A stretch of 64,000 nt of DNA. Source: an uncultured bacterium (lineage in GTDB: Bacteria; Acidobacteriota; Thermoanaerobaculia; Multivoradales; J023). The notes beneath the pieces are model-generated. The model was not told where the DNA came from, ran no database searches, and worked only from the letters and a program-made list of their open reading frames with translations. Location of the stretch: the NCBI GenBank assembly GCA_937948815.1, contig CALFAM010000201.1, positions 4,176 through 68,175 on the forward strand, written 5' to 3'. Below are positions 50,827 to 61,594 of the stretch, piece after piece (within the stretch, counting starts at the first letter, position 1; every line of letters begins with the position of its first letter). The translations under genes were made by a program, and so were the position numbers.

Positions 50827-51158
50827 GAGATCTTCGATCATGGGCAGCCCGCTACCGGACCGTCGTTCGTGGTTGTGTGATCGGTTGGGGCTGCGCGCTC
50901 GCTGCGCTTTGGGCGGACAGCGCGGCTGCCTGCACGGTTTGCTATGGGGACTCCGAAGCCGCCGTAATCCGAGGCGCCGAGCAGGCTACGTTGCTGCTGG
51001 TGGGTGTGACGTACCTGGTGCTCGGAGGTGGTGGGGTGGCTTTCGTCGTGCTTCGCCAGCGGGCCCGTCGTTCGGCGACGGCTGGGGCCGGCGATCACGG
51101 AGCCCATGTGGGGCACCCATTTTGTGAGGATGCATCGAGTCAAGGAGCATCGAAATGA
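50823..51158 (+). CDS. Small membrane protein with a CxxC motif and a His-rich tail (possible oxidase assembly/Cu-handling factor)
   Basis: Internal ATG of ORF 50700..51158. AACTVCYGD and GDHGAHVGHPFCED. The stop overlaps the coxB start. Confidence 0.4.
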   Translation: MRDLRSWAARYRTVVRGCVIGWGCALAALWADSAAACTVCYGDSEAAVIRGAEQATLLLVGVTYLVLGGGGVAFVVLRQRARRSATAGAGDHGAHVGHPFCEDASSQGASK

Positions 51159-51967
51159 TGGATTGGTTCCTGCGTTTCCCGGAGATCGCTTCCGAGCATG
51201 GAGCGCGTCTGGATCGGGTGACGGTCTACATCCACTGGCTGATGCTCGCGCTCTTCATTATTTGGGGCGGTCTCTTCATTTTCATGCTGTTCCGCTTCCG
51301 TGCGGGGAGCAACCCCCGAGCCGACTATGATGGCCTCAAGACGCATCTCTCGACTTGGGGTGAGGGAGCCGTCGCGGTCGCCGAGGCGATCCTGTTGGTC
51401 GGCTTTTCGATTCCGCTCTACTCCGAGCGGGTCGACGACCTGCCGCCGGAGGGCGACCGACTATTGGTGCGCGTGATCGGCGAGCAATTCGCCTGGAACA
51501 TTCACTACGCCGGACCGGATGGCACATTTGGTCGCACGGACCCGCAGCTGGTGGATGTCGAGACCAACCCAGTCGGGCTCGACAATGATGATCCCGCTTC
51601 CTCGGACGACATCACGACGATCAACCAGCTCCACGTGCCCGTCGACAAACCAACCCTGATCGAGCTGTCGAGCAAGGATGTGATTCACAGCTTCTGGCTT
51701 CCCGAGATGCGCGTCAAGCAGGACGCGATCCCGGGCCTGGTCTTCCCGGTCTGGTTCCAGCCGACCGTGACCACGGACCAGATGAAAGCCAAGGTCGGCC
51801 GAGACGATTTCGGCTACGAGATTGCCTGCGCCCAGCTCTGCGGGCTCGGTCACTACCGGATGAAGGGCTTCCTCACGGTCCACTCCCAAGAGGGCTACGA
51901 CGCCTGGATGGCCGAGCAGCAGCAGCTCAAGGAAGAGGAAGGCGACGCCGACGACTTCTGGGGCTGA
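51155..51967 (+). CDS. coxB: Cytochrome c oxidase subunit II (CuA domain only; no fused cytochrome c)
   Basis: Two N-terminal TM helices. CuA ligands HSFWLPE..CAQLCGLGHYRM. No CxxCH. RBS AAGGAG. Confidence 0.85.
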   Translation: MMDWFLRFPEIASEHGARLDRVTVYIHWLMLALFIIWGGLFIFMLFRFRAGSNPRADYDGLKTHLSTWGEGAVAVAEAILLVGFSIPLYSERVDDLPPEGDRLLVRVIGEQFAWNIHYAGPDGTFGRTDPQLVDVETNPVGLDNDDPASSDDITTINQLHVPVDKPTLIELSSKDVIHSFWLPEMRVKQDAIPGLVFPVWFQPTVTTDQMKAKVGRDDFGYEIACAQLCGLGHYRMKGFLTVHSQEGYDAWMAEQQQLKEEEGDADDFWG

Positions 51968-51992
51968 GTCGAGGGACGCCGCGTCCGACCTT

Positions 51993-54035
51993 TCAGTCGC
52001 GCTCCAGGCCGAGTAGCTTGCGCGCAGCGGCTTCGACCGCGTCGGCGGTGAAGCCGAAGTGCCGGGCGAGGTCCGCGGCAGGTGCTGACGCGCCGAAGCC
52101 CTCGAGAGCGAGGACGACACCGTGCTCGCCCGCGTACCGATGCCACCCGAGGGGCGAACCAGCCTCGATGGCGATCCGCTTCTCGATCGACCGGGGCAGG
52201 ACCGACGCGCGGTAGGCGCCGTCCTGGGCGTCGAAGCGCTCCCAGCAGGGCATCGACACCACACGTGACCGAATGTCCTCACGCGCCAGGCGCTGGCTTG
52301 CTTCGACGGCAAGCTGTACCTCAGAGCCGGTGGCGATCAAGATCACCTCGGCTTCTTCGCCGTCTTCCGGGTCACTCAACACATAGCCACCGCGGGCGAC
52401 ACCCTCGCGCGCTAGCTCAGCCGTGCCGGGCAGGACCGGCAGCTTCTGGCGAGTCAGCGAGAGCGCGGTCGGGCCATCGTGGTGACGGAGTGCCAGGCGC
52501 CAGGCTTCGACGGTCTCGTTGGCGTCAGCCGGGCGTACGGTGGTCACGTTGGGAATGGCGCGCAAGGCAGCGAGCTGGCTGATCGGCTGGTGGGTCGGGC
52601 CGTCCTCGCCGAGGAAAATCGAGTCATGGGTGAAGATGTAGAGGCAGGGAAGCTCCATCAGCGCGGCCAGGCGAATGGGCGGCCGCATGTAGTCGCTGAA
52701 GATGAGAAAGGTGCCGCCGTAGGGCCGTAGCAGGCCCGAAAGGGCCATGCCGTTCATCATCGAGCCCATGGCGTGCTCGCGGACGCCGTAGTGCATGTTT
52801 CGGCCGCCTGGCGCGGCTTTCTGCATCGCGGGCTCGTCCTTGATCCAGGTGTTGTTGGAGCCGGCGAGATCAGCCGAGCCGCCCACCAGCTCGGGGAGTC
52901 GTCCGGCGACTGCGTTGAGCGCGGCACCCGAAACCTTGCGCGTCGCGATCGGCGCGTCGTCCACGCTGTAGGTTGGCATCTCGGCGTCCCAGTCGCTGGG
53001 CAGCTGCTGCGCCAACCGGCGTTCCAGCTCCCGCGCGGGGCCGGGGTGTGCGCTCTGGTAGCGGGCGAAGGCTTCACGCCAGGCCGCGTGGCGGCTTCGT
53101 CCGGCATCGGCGACGGTGGCGAAGAGCCGGCGCACCGGATCGGGCACCAGGAAGGTGGGCTCGCTCGGCCAGCCCAGATTGGCCTTGGTGGCAATGACTT
53201 CGTCGCCACCGAGGGGCGCACCATGCGCGTCGGCGGTATCTTGCTTGGCTGGGCTGCCGAAGCCGATGTGGGTGCGCACGGTCACCAACGTCGGGCGCTC
53301 GGTCTCGGCCTTCGCTGCTTCGATCGCCTGGTCGATTGCCTGTAGATCGTTGCCGTCCGCGACCTCGAGTGTGTGCCAGCCGTAGGACCGGTAGCGCGCG
53401 GCGACGTCCTCGGTGAAGGTCAGGTCAGTCGACCCTTCGATCGAGATTTCGTTGGCATCCCAGAAGACGTTCAGCTTGCCGAGTCCATAGTGGCCGGCCA
53501 AGGAGGATGCTTCGGCCGTCACGCCTTCCATCAGGTCGCCATCGCTGGCGATCACCCAGGTGCGGTAGTCAATCGGCTGGTGGATGTCGCTGTTGAGCTG
53601 CTCGGCCGTCAGTCGCTCGGCGAGCGCCATGCCGACCGCGTTGGCGAGACCCTGTCCCAGCGGTCCGGTGGTCGTCTCGACACCGGGGGTCAGGCCGTAC
53701 TCGGGGTGACCGGGTGTCTTCGATCCGAGTTGCCGAAAATTCTTCAGCTCATCGAGCGAGAGCTCGTACCCGGAGAGATGCAGCAAGCTGTAGATCAGGG
53801 CTGACGCGTGGCCGCACGAGAGCACAAAGCGGTCACGGTTGACCCAATCAGGCGCTTCCGGGTCGAAAGCCAGATGGCGAGTCCAGAGCCAATAGGCCAG
53901 CGCCGCCTGACCAAGGGGGGCGCCGGGATGCCCCGAACGGGCGGCCTCGACCATGTCGACCGCCAGGAAACGAATTGTGTTGATGGCCAGCTCGTCCCGC
54001 GGATCTTCCCCGCGCAAGGGGCGTACCTCGGTCAT
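51993..54035 (-). CDS. tkt: Transketolase
   Basis: [16 protein letters not shown], ThDP-binding GDGDLMEG, and C-terminal domain. Confidence 0.9.
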   Translation of the reverse strand: MTEVRPLRGEDPRDELAINTIRFLAVDMVEAARSGHPGAPLGQAALAYWLWTRHLAFDPEAPDWVNRDRFVLSCGHASALIYSLLHLSGYELSLDELKNFRQLGSKTPGHPEYGLTPGVETTTGPLGQGLANAVGMALAERLTAEQLNSDIHQPIDYRTWVIASDGDLMEGVTAEASSLAGHYGLGKLNVFWDANEISIEGSTDLTFTEDVAARYRSYGWHTLEVADGNDLQAIDQAIEAAKAETERPTLVTVRTHIGFGSPAKQDTADAHGAPLGGDEVIATKANLGWPSEPTFLVPDPVRRLFATVADAGRSRHAAWREAFARYQSAHPGPARELERRLAQQLPSDWDAEMPTYSVDDAPIATRKVSGAALNAVAGRLPELVGGSADLAGSNNTWIKDEPAMQKAAPGGRNMHYGVREHAMGSMMNGMALSGLLRPYGGTFLIFSDYMRPPIRLAALMELPCLYIFTHDSIFLGEDGPTHQPISQLAALRAIPNVTTVRPADANETVEAWRLALRHHDGPTALSLTRQKLPVLPGTAELAREGVARGGYVLSDPEDGEEAEVILIATGSEVQLAVEASQRLAREDIRSRVVSMPCWERFDAQDGAYRASVLPRSIEKRIAIEAGSPLGWHRYAGEHGVVLALEGFGASAPAADLARHFGFTADAVEAAARKLLGLERD

Positions 54036-54129
54036 GCGCGTCTCCTCAGACTGCGAATGTGGACCGGCGACCGCACAGCGTGGCAAGCCGGCATGAATCG
54101 TTGCGGTGGGATCGTATCGCGACCGGCAG

Positions 54130-54229
<100 letters not shown>

Positions 54230-54543
54230 GGACGAAGGGAGATGGATTGTACTGACGGCGTGGTCCCGAGTCAAAACCTCGTTTGGTTGAGGCCGGGCCC
54301 ATCCCATGCTAGCTTGCCGTCGCACGTACCGCGCCGCGCGCAAAGTTTGGCGTGTCGCGGGTGCCTTCGACCATTTCAAAACCGGAGCTCGGAGCCCTGA
54401 AGCTCGAAGCCCCGGCGCTCGAAACCCACGGGTCGCGAAACGGCGACCGAGGCCCAGCGGGCCCAGGGCGAACGAGCCCACAACCAACGGGTCCAGGACC
54501 AACGCGTCTTGTGCCGATTTTCTGAGACTGTGAGGGCCGCATC

Positions 54544-56001
54544 ATGAAGACCAAGATCGAGGGGCCGGTTCGCGTCCGGTTCCCACCCTCACCGACCGGA
54601 TTTCTGCACGTTGGTGGTGCCCGTACTGCGATCTACAACGAGCTCTTGCGCCAGAGCCTCGGCGGCAGCTTGGTGCTGAGGATCGAAGACACGGATCGCG
54701 CGCGCTCGGACCAGGCGATGACGGAGCAGATTCTCTCGGCGCTGCGTTGGATCGGTGTGACCTGGGACGAAGGGCCGACGCTGCAGAGCGCGGGTGTCGA
54801 TCGTCATCGCAGTGTGGCCTGGCGCCTGCTCGCGGAAGGCAAGGCCTATCACGACTTCGTGGCCCCCGAAGCCGTGGCAGCCAAGCGCGACGAAATGCAG
54901 AAGGCGAAGCAGAATTTTCGCTACAAGGATCACTTTCCGCCGCCTTCGGCCGACGAAGCCAAAGAGCGGATGGAACGCGGTGAGCCCTTCGCCGTGCGCT
55001 TCGTCATGGGCGACGAACCGATCGTGGTGTCCGACATCGTGCGTGGTGAGGTGACCTTTGGCGACGAGATGCTCGACGACCTGATCATCCTGCGCAGCGA
55101 TGGCACGCCCACCTACCACCTGACCGTGGTGTGCGACGACATCGAAGCGCGGATCAGCCACGTGATCCGCGGCGAGGATCATCTCTCGAATACCCCGAAG
55201 CACATCGCCCTCTACCGGGCGCTGGACGAAGAGCCCCCGGTCTATGGCCACCTGCCGCTGATCATGGGCCCGGGCAAGAAGCGCCTTTCCAAACGCCACG
55301 GCGCGGCCTCGGCCGAGGAGTTTCGTGAGCAGGGGCTGCTTCCGCAAGCGCTCTACAACTACCTGGCGTTCCTCGGCTGGTCGCCGGGCGACGAACGGGA
55401 AATCATGTCGCGTGAGGAGCTGATCGGAGCGTTCACCGCCGAGCGGCTGGGCAGCTCGGCAGCCGTGTTCGATCCCGAGAAGCTGGCCTGGGTCAACGCG
55501 CAGTACATGTCCGGGTTGCCGCTCGCGACCATCCTCGAGCATCTGGCGCCCTTCTTGCCCGAAGTGGGAATCGACCTCTCCGCGCTCGACGAGTCCGTAC
55601 GTGCCCGTTTCGAAGCCGGCGTCGACTTGCACCGCACGCGCGCCAAGAACCTGATCGAGCTGGCGAGCTTTGCCGTGCCGTACGTCCGCGACCGCCTCGA
55701 CTACGACGCCGATCTCTGTGCCAAGTTCCTGAAGCAGGAGGCGCTGCGCGGACAGCTCGAACAGCTCATCGAGCAGTTCGGTTCGCTCGAAGCCTGGACG
55801 GTCGAAAGCACAGAGGTGGCCATGCGCTCGGTGGCCGAAGCGGCCGAGGTCAAGGCGGGGGTGCTGATCCACCCGACCCGTATGGCGTTGTCGTGCAGCA
55901 AGGCCGGGCCGTCCCTTTTTGACCTGGTCGCGGCCATGGGGCAAGAGGCCAGCTTGCGGCACCTGGGCCACTTCGTCGCCTTCTTGCGCGCCAACGCCTA
56001 G
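54544..56001 (+). CDS. gltX: Glutamyl-tRNA synthetase
   Basis: PSPTGFLHVGGARTA (HIGH region) and KLSKR (KMSKS variant). Confidence 0.9.
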   Translation: MKTKIEGPVRVRFPPSPTGFLHVGGARTAIYNELLRQSLGGSLVLRIEDTDRARSDQAMTEQILSALRWIGVTWDEGPTLQSAGVDRHRSVAWRLLAEGKAYHDFVAPEAVAAKRDEMQKAKQNFRYKDHFPPPSADEAKERMERGEPFAVRFVMGDEPIVVSDIVRGEVTFGDEMLDDLIILRSDGTPTYHLTVVCDDIEARISHVIRGEDHLSNTPKHIALYRALDEEPPVYGHLPLIMGPGKKRLSKRHGAASAEEFREQGLLPQALYNYLAFLGWSPGDEREIMSREELIGAFTAERLGSSAAVFDPEKLAWVNAQYMSGLPLATILEHLAPFLPEVGIDLSALDESVRARFEAGVDLHRTRAKNLIELASFAVPYVRDRLDYDADLCAKFLKQEALRGQLEQLIEQFGSLEAWTVESTEVAMRSVAEAAEVKAGVLIHPTRMALSCSKAGPSLFDLVAAMGQEASLRHLGHFVAFLRANA

Positions 56002-56115
56002 CCGGCATCCAGTTCTCTTCGCGATGCCCAAGGGGGCGAGCGAGCTCGCGGAGACCGCCCGAGGGCGGTGCCAGGCGTCGGCCAAGGTCTCTTTTTCAGG
56101 GCAGACCCACGGGCC

Positions 56116-58716
56116 TCAACCGCGCTCGCGCAGCACCGCGAGCGGCATGGCGCGGACCGGCGACCAGGCGAGCCCGGCGGCGATCGCGATCGCCAGAACG
56201 ACAGCCAAGGCCAGCAAGCCCGCAGCGTCGTCGAGGCCCATGGTCAGACGCGCGAGCACGAACCGCGCGTTGACCCAGATCACGGCGAGCCGGGTGGCGA
56301 TCAGCCCGCTGATGCCGGCGACCAGACCGAGAAGGCCGTATTCCAGCAAGATGGTCGTCATCAGATGGTGCCGCGCGTAGCCGATCGCCTTGAGCACGCC
56401 GATCTCGCGTCGGCGCTCGATCAGCGCCAGGCCGACTGCGTTGGCCACCAGCACGCAGCCCGCGAGCAGCGAGAGGGCAGAGATGCCGACCACGAATCGA
56501 AAGAGACTGCGGTAGGCCATGTTGACGAAGGCCGTCTGGTCGCGTCGGCTTACGACGAGGGCATCTGGGGCAGCTGTGCTGAGCCGTGTCGTAACACGGT
56601 CGAGCTCGTCCGGCGCCACGGTGAGCATCGTGCTCACGGCGAGCGTTTCGCCGCTGAGCTCGCGTAGGTCGGCCGCGCTCAGTACGAGTCCCCGCACGGG
56701 GTCCCGAGCGGAAGCACCCGTTCCCGAGGGCGGTGCGGCGCGATAGAAGCCTGCCACGGTGACGGTGCGTGCTTCAGCGGGTCCGCGTACGTGAAGCCTC
56801 TCCCCGAGCGCGACAGTCGGTGCCCCAGGATCGGCTTCCGCAGCGGACAGGGATACCGGCACCAGGCCGGTTCCGGGAGCCGCGTGCCATGAGGCTTGTG
56901 GAGACCCGGTTTCGGCAAGGATCAGCCAGTCAGCGTCCTCGGCGGATCGTCCTTCCAGGCGCTCCAGCTCGGGGAGCGGTGCCCCTGTGGTCTCGCGCGT
57001 GACGGTTCCCCGAGACGCTGGGCGCTGGCGTGCTTCCCATCCTTCGGCCGCGGCGACATCGGACACGATCTCGGCTTCTCGGGCCGATCCATAGACAGCA
57101 AGATTGATCCCCTCCAGGCTGCCTTCGCGCGCCGCCAGACGCGCCTGGGCATTGCCGAACGCGGTGACCGCGAAGCCGATCGAGAAGGTTCCCGCGGCCA
57201 AGGCAACCATGCACATGGCGGCACGCGCCGGGCGATGGCCGAGATTGCGTCGCGCCATCGACAACAGCGGCCAGCGGGCTACCGGTATGCGAACGGCAAG
57301 GCCGAGAAACAGACGCTGGCACCAGCTTGCTGCAAACAACGCAAGCAAGCCGCCAGCCACCAGACTGAAGCCAACCAGAAGCGACTCGACGATCCAGCTC
57401 GCGAGCAGGCTGAACAAGACGAGGGTGCCGCCGCTGACCAACGCCAGTCGTCGATCCTGCCTGCCGCCTGGCCCGGGTGCTTCGTCGCGCAGAAGCTGGG
57501 CTGGGTTGGCGTCGATGCTGCGGGCGGCGGCCATCAGTCCGAACAAGCAGGTCGTGAGCGTGCCGACCACCACGGCGAGTGCTGCCAGTACGGGATCGAA
57601 CCGGAGCATGATGAGAAAGCTCAAGGTCGGGGTCAGTGCGTCGACCAGGAAGCGCGCCAGCAGCCAGCCCGCGCCAACACCGAGCACGGAGCCGACGATG
57701 CCCAGAAGGGCGAGCTCGACCACGATCAAGGTGGCCAGCTCCCGGGGTCGATACCCCAGGCTGCGCAAGGTCGCGAGCTCCTTGCGCCGACGCGTGAAGA
57801 GGAATTGCAGAGTGTTGGCGACGCCCAGGCCGCCGATCAGCAGCCCCAGGAGACCGGTGCCTTCGAAGAGAAATCCGAGCAGACGCGCAATCTCGGGATT
57901 CGCCGGCTGCGGCTGCTGGATGCTCCAACCAGCCTCGCGCAGGGTGGCGAGCGCGCGATCGGTCGGCGCGCGGAGCGCCGCATGGGTGGCCCCGGCACCA
58001 GCACCGGCATCAGCACCGGCATCAGCACCGGCATCGCCCTCGTGCCGTGCCTCGCTACGCGCCTCGAGATCGGCCGCGCCGGCTTGGTGGTTGCCGAAGT
58101 GCGTGGCCGCGGTCTCCAGGCTGTAGAGCAACGTGGCGCCCTGCCGGTCCGGCGTGCTCGCGGCCACGCCGCCAATGCGCAGGGCGACCGGGGGACTCGT
58201 GAGGCCCGCAAGGGTGATCGTGTCGCCGACCTCGAGCTTGCGGGCCAGGGCCAGGTCACGGGTCACCACGGCGTGTCCCGGTCGCAAGGCGTGGGTCAGC
58301 TCGGCGCCGGGCGGGTCGCTGAGCACGATCTCGCCCACCACGGGGTAGTGGTCTGCCTCGACGCCGGACACGATGCGCACGAAGGAAACACGCCCCTCTC
58401 CCTCGGCCCGCAGCAAGGTATGGGTGCGGTTGGGCGCGATCCAGGCAACAGCTTCCATCTCGCCCGCGTCGACCAACTCGGCGATCTTTGCCCGATCCAC
58501 TGAAGTGGCCGGACGGTCCTGTCGATGGGCCATGGCATCGCCACCGAGCTTGAAGCGGGGCTCCACCACCGCGGCTTCGGACAAGGTCGTGGCCACGAGC
58601 TGCAGCGCGACCAGCGAGAGCACACCGAATGCGATGCAGGCAACGGCCAGGAGGCTTCGCTGGCCGCCGCCGCGCAGAGACTTCCACGCGTAGCGAAGGG
58701 CAAATGAGGGGCTCAT
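56116..58716 (-). CDS. ABC transporter permease, duplicated FtsX-type (YbbP/MacB-like)
   Basis: N-terminus MSPSFALRYAWKSLRGGGQRSLLAVACIAFGVLSLVAL. Two FtsX modules. Contains an in-frame (AGCACCGGCATC)x3 repeat encoding DAGADAGADAGA. The start overlaps the ATPase stop (ATGA). Confidence 0.75.
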   Translation of the reverse strand: MSPSFALRYAWKSLRGGGQRSLLAVACIAFGVLSLVALQLVATTLSEAAVVEPRFKLGGDAMAHRQDRPATSVDRAKIAELVDAGEMEAVAWIAPNRTHTLLRAEGEGRVSFVRIVSGVEADHYPVVGEIVLSDPPGAELTHALRPGHAVVTRDLALARKLEVGDTITLAGLTSPPVALRIGGVAASTPDRQGATLLYSLETAATHFGNHQAGAADLEARSEARHEGDAGADAGADAGAGAGATHAALRAPTDRALATLREAGWSIQQPQPANPEIARLLGFLFEGTGLLGLLIGGLGVANTLQFLFTRRRKELATLRSLGYRPRELATLIVVELALLGIVGSVLGVGAGWLLARFLVDALTPTLSFLIMLRFDPVLAALAVVVGTLTTCLFGLMAAARSIDANPAQLLRDEAPGPGGRQDRRLALVSGGTLVLFSLLASWIVESLLVGFSLVAGGLLALFAASWCQRLFLGLAVRIPVARWPLLSMARRNLGHRPARAAMCMVALAAGTFSIGFAVTAFGNAQARLAAREGSLEGINLAVYGSAREAEIVSDVAAAEGWEARQRPASRGTVTRETTGAPLPELERLEGRSAEDADWLILAETGSPQASWHAAPGTGLVPVSLSAAEADPGAPTVALGERLHVRGPAEARTVTVAGFYRAAPPSGTGASARDPVRGLVLSAADLRELSGETLAVSTMLTVAPDELDRVTTRLSTAAPDALVVSRRDQTAFVNMAYRSLFRFVVGISALSLLAGCVLVANAVGLALIERRREIGVLKAIGYARHHLMTTILLEYGLLGLVAGISGLIATRLAVIWVNARFVLARLTMGLDDAAGLLALAVVLAIAIAAGLAWSPVRAMPLAVLRERG

Positions 58717-59462
58717 TGTGGAGCGCTCATGTCTGCGGTGTCGCCCGTGCTCGAGCCAGCGGTGGTCGGGGCCGCCTCGGCCTGTAGCTTGCCATCGACC
58801 AGGTGGATGGTGCGGTCGGCGCGCTGAGCAACCGCCGGATCGTGGGTCACCATCACGACGGTCAGCGTGCGCTCGCGGCGCAGAGACGCGATGAGGTCGA
58901 GAATGTCGGCGCTTGTCTGGCTGTCGAGATTGCCCGTGGGCTCGTCGGCCAGCAACATCGTGGGTTCGGTCACCAGCGCACGTGCAATGGCAACTCGCTG
59001 ACGTTGCCCCCCCGAGAGCTGGTGGGGGCGGTGGCGCGCGCGATCTGCCAGGCCGACGCGCTGGAGCATCTCCGTGGCCAGGCGCCGTGCGTCGCGTCGC
59101 CGAGGGCCGACATACAGCGGTGCTTCGACGTTTTCCAGCGCGGTCAGGCTGGCAATCAGATTGAAGTCTTGGAAAACGATGCCGATGCGGCGGTTGCGCA
59201 GGCGCGCAAGGGCGGCCTCGCCGAGCTTCTCCAGTGGCGTACCGTCGATCACCACGCTGCCGGCCGACGGTTGATCGAGGGCGCCGAGCAGGCCGAGAAG
59301 GGTCGACTTTCCCGACCCCGAGGGGCCCGTGAGCGCCACCCACTCCCCAACATCGATCTGGAAGCTCAGCCCTTGGAGCACATGAACCGGCGTGTCGCCG
59401 AAGGGTAGCGACCGGGTCAGGTCGCGGACGACGAGTGGGGGAGCAGCAGGCTCAGGGGTCAT
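58713..59462 (-). CDS. ABC transporter ATP-binding protein (MacB/LolD-like)
   Basis: Walker A GPSGSGKST, Q-loop, signature LSGGQRQRVAIARAL, Walker B LLADEPTGNLD. Confidence 0.85.
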   Translation of the reverse strand: MTPEPAAPPLVVRDLTRSLPFGDTPVHVLQGLSFQIDVGEWVALTGPSGSGKSTLLGLLGALDQPSAGSVVIDGTPLEKLGEAALARLRNRRIGIVFQDFNLIASLTALENVEAPLYVGPRRRDARRLATEMLQRVGLADRARHRPHQLSGGQRQRVAIARALVTEPTMLLADEPTGNLDSQTSADILDLIASLRRERTLTVVMVTHDPAVAQRADRTIHLVDGKLQAEAAPTTAGSSTGDTADMSAPQ

Positions 59463-59606
59463 CAGGACCGTCCTCCAAGACGATCGAGCATCCGTCCGCG
59501 CGCCGGACTGCGGCGGTCGAATGTCGTCGGGTTCGTCTCAGGAACGGCCCAGTCGCCGCGTTCTTACAGGCGGGGCTCTTACGGGCTGGACAGCCTCGAG
59601 GCCCTG

Positions 59607-60392
59607 CTAGGAGGCGAGCTCGAAGTCCGGCGTTCGCGACGACCCGCGAAGAATCTCGAAAGTGTGCTCGACGTCGGTCAGATAGGGGATCGGCTCGCCA
59701 TCGAGGCGGGCAGGCAACACCGGCCGATCGGGCAGGGTGCGCAGCACTGCCCAGGCCACAGCCGGGTGAACGTCCGGCGGGAAGGTCAGCACGGGCTGGT
59801 GGGGCTGGCCGGTCTTGTCGTAGATCACCTCCACCTTCACCGGGCGCGTGATCTTGCGCTCGGTCTTGACCGCCGAGCTCTGGAGGATGATCGGCTTGTC
59901 GACCTCTTTCACACGCTTGGGGCGCACCAGCGAAGTTCCCCGGATCGGCCCTCGAGGAATCTCGCGCCAGCGGAATGGGATCTCGCCTCGCGCGCGCAGC
60001 GGATGCTCGTAGAGCAGCTTGGCCGCGCGACCGTAGGACCGGAGGTCGCGATCGGCAATCGGACGGTGCAGGTTCTGCGCCGCGTGCCACATCCACACCG
60101 CCTCGTCATCCTGGTTGAGGTTGGCCAGCGCGATCGCCTCGAACAGGGAGACCTCTGCGAACAGCCGGCGCAGATCCGTGTGGAACCAGCTCTTGGCGGT
60201 CATCTCGCGTCCGAGCCGTGGCGCCTGCTTCGCCACCTTTCGCCACTTGCCTTCCTGCAAGTCCAGCTCGAGCGCGGCCGTCTGCTCCCACCACACCGAA
60301 GGCGCCGTCTCCCCCGGCCACTGAGCCCATCCGGGCAGAGCGATCAACATGCAAGCAAGGCAAGCGGCAAGACGAAAGCGAACCTGGTCCAT
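59607..60392 (-). CDS. Hypothetical periplasmic protein (first gene of the ABC transporter operon)
   Basis: Signal peptide MDQVRFRLAACLACMLIALPGWA. 261 aa. No family recognised. Confidence 0.45.
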   Translation of the reverse strand: MDQVRFRLAACLACMLIALPGWAQWPGETAPSVWWEQTAALELDLQEGKWRKVAKQAPRLGREMTAKSWFHTDLRRLFAEVSLFEAIALANLNQDDEAVWMWHAAQNLHRPIADRDLRSYGRAAKLLYEHPLRARGEIPFRWREIPRGPIRGTSLVRPKRVKEVDKPIILQSSAVKTERKITRPVKVEVIYDKTGQPHQPVLTFPPDVHPAVAWAVLRTLPDRPVLPARLDGEPIPYLTDVEHTFEILRGSSRTPDFELAS

Positions 60393-60582
60393 AGCAAGAG
60401 CTCCTGGAAGGCGGGATTCGTGTCTACTGGGAGCAATCCCCATGCCGTCTGCGATCCGCGATAGCGCCTGCACGGGATCAACCACCGCGACCCCGTCCGC
60501 GAGCACGGCCGTCACCCAACCAGGACACCGATCTCGCCGGGTCTTGACCCGTCCGCATCCATTCGGTAACGTACCCGCCGCT

Positions 60583-60656
60583 TGGGAGATCGTCTAATGG
60601 TAGGACATGCGGCTCTGGACCGTAGAATCGGGGTTCGAATCCCTGTCTCCCAACCA
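60583..60656 (+). tRNA. tRNA-Gln (anticodon CUG)
   Basis: TGGGAGA..anticodon loop CT-CTG-GA..T-arm GGTTCGAATCC..TCTCCCA-A-CCA; 74 nt with an encoded CCA. Confidence 0.8.
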
Positions 60657-61133
60657 CCTTCGCTATTGCCGTTTCTCATTCCCTAGATTCAAACGAGTCT
60701 GCGTTCGGCGCGATCGCCGTGGCGGTTGCCGGGCCGGTTCCTCTGGCGGCTTGACCGGCATCGGCCTTCGCGACGCCCCGTGGTGTAGGCGCTCGCCGTC
60801 GATGCCCGCGCGGTAGGCGCCATCACGGCGGCTGTTGTGGGTGGTCGCGCGATGGCACGTGCTGGTCGTCGAGACGGGAAGCTCGTCCGGCGTGGCGGGC
60901 GAGGGACAGCGCGATGTGGCGCATGCCGGTGCCTCAGGGGCCGGCCGTCAGCACGCATGCGCGTACTTTGACGGGGCGAGGTAAGGGGTTCCTGGCTCAA
61001 AGCGTCCAAGGAACAAGTGGCGAGAAACCGCAAGGTCAGTCGGTCCCACGCTCTCTGTGGCGCGGTCGGCGGCCGAGCATCGCCATCCTGAAGACGCAAC
61101 CAGCAACGACCCTGAACGCGAAGGAGAACGCTC

Positions 61134-61508
61134 ATGGATCCCCGCTTCGTAACCAAGAACATCCACGCCCTGCTCGACTATCCTGTTGCCATCGCCCTGC
61201 TCGGCTTGCCGTTCGTGCTCAAGCTCGGCGGTTCGAGTCCATTGGCCTTTTGGCTCTCGGTCATCACCGGCGTCGCAGCGCTCGTACTCACGATCCTCAC
61301 CGATCACAAGCTCGGGGTCTTCCGGGTGCTTCCGTACTCGGTTCACCTCGCCGTCGACGGCCTCGTGGCGGGTGCCTTCCTCCTCGCCCCTGCGCTCTTC
61401 GGATTCGCTGGCGTCGATGCGCTCTACTACTGGATCAACGGTGCGGCCGTCGCGATCGTCATCGGTCTTCACAAGCCAGAGCCCGTGTCAGTCGCCGTCC
61501 CAGCGTGA
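61134..61508 (+). CDS. Small hypothetical membrane protein (124 aa)
   Basis: Four hydrophobic helices. RBS AAGGAGA 7 nt upstream of the ATG. Confidence 0.45.
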   Translation: MDPRFVTKNIHALLDYPVAIALLGLPFVLKLGGSSPLAFWLSVITGVAALVLTILTDHKLGVFRVLPYSVHLAVDGLVAGAFLLAPALFGFAGVDALYYWINGAAVAIVIGLHKPEPVSVAVPA

Positions 61509-61534
61509 CAAAGCCGCAGACAGCGTCAGGTCTT

Positions 61535-61594
61535 CCCGTTCGTGCTGTCGAACGTCTCTTCGAAGACTCTTCGGGAGTAGGGCAGCACGAACGG
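61535..61594. terminator. Long inverted repeat (12-bp stem, ~35-nt structured loop) downstream of the small membrane-protein gene
   Basis: CCGTTCGTGCTG ... CAGCACGAACGG, with an internal palindrome CTTCGAAG in the loop. No clear U-tract, so the call is tentative. Confidence 0.35.

Noticed and set aside
54589-56085. 498-aa minus-strand ORF
   Set aside because: Antisense to gltX (HIGH/KMSKS motifs on the plus strand).
56896-58503. 535-aa plus-strand ORF
   Set aside because: Antisense to the FtsX-type permease. Also applies to other long shadow ORFs (16404..17426 plus, 8693..9700 minus, 6278..7420 minus, 24421..25626 minus, 27763..28620 minus, 31985..32917 minus, 38340..39308 minus, 36710..37612 plus), all with arginine/glycine-rich junk composition opposite motif-bearing genes.
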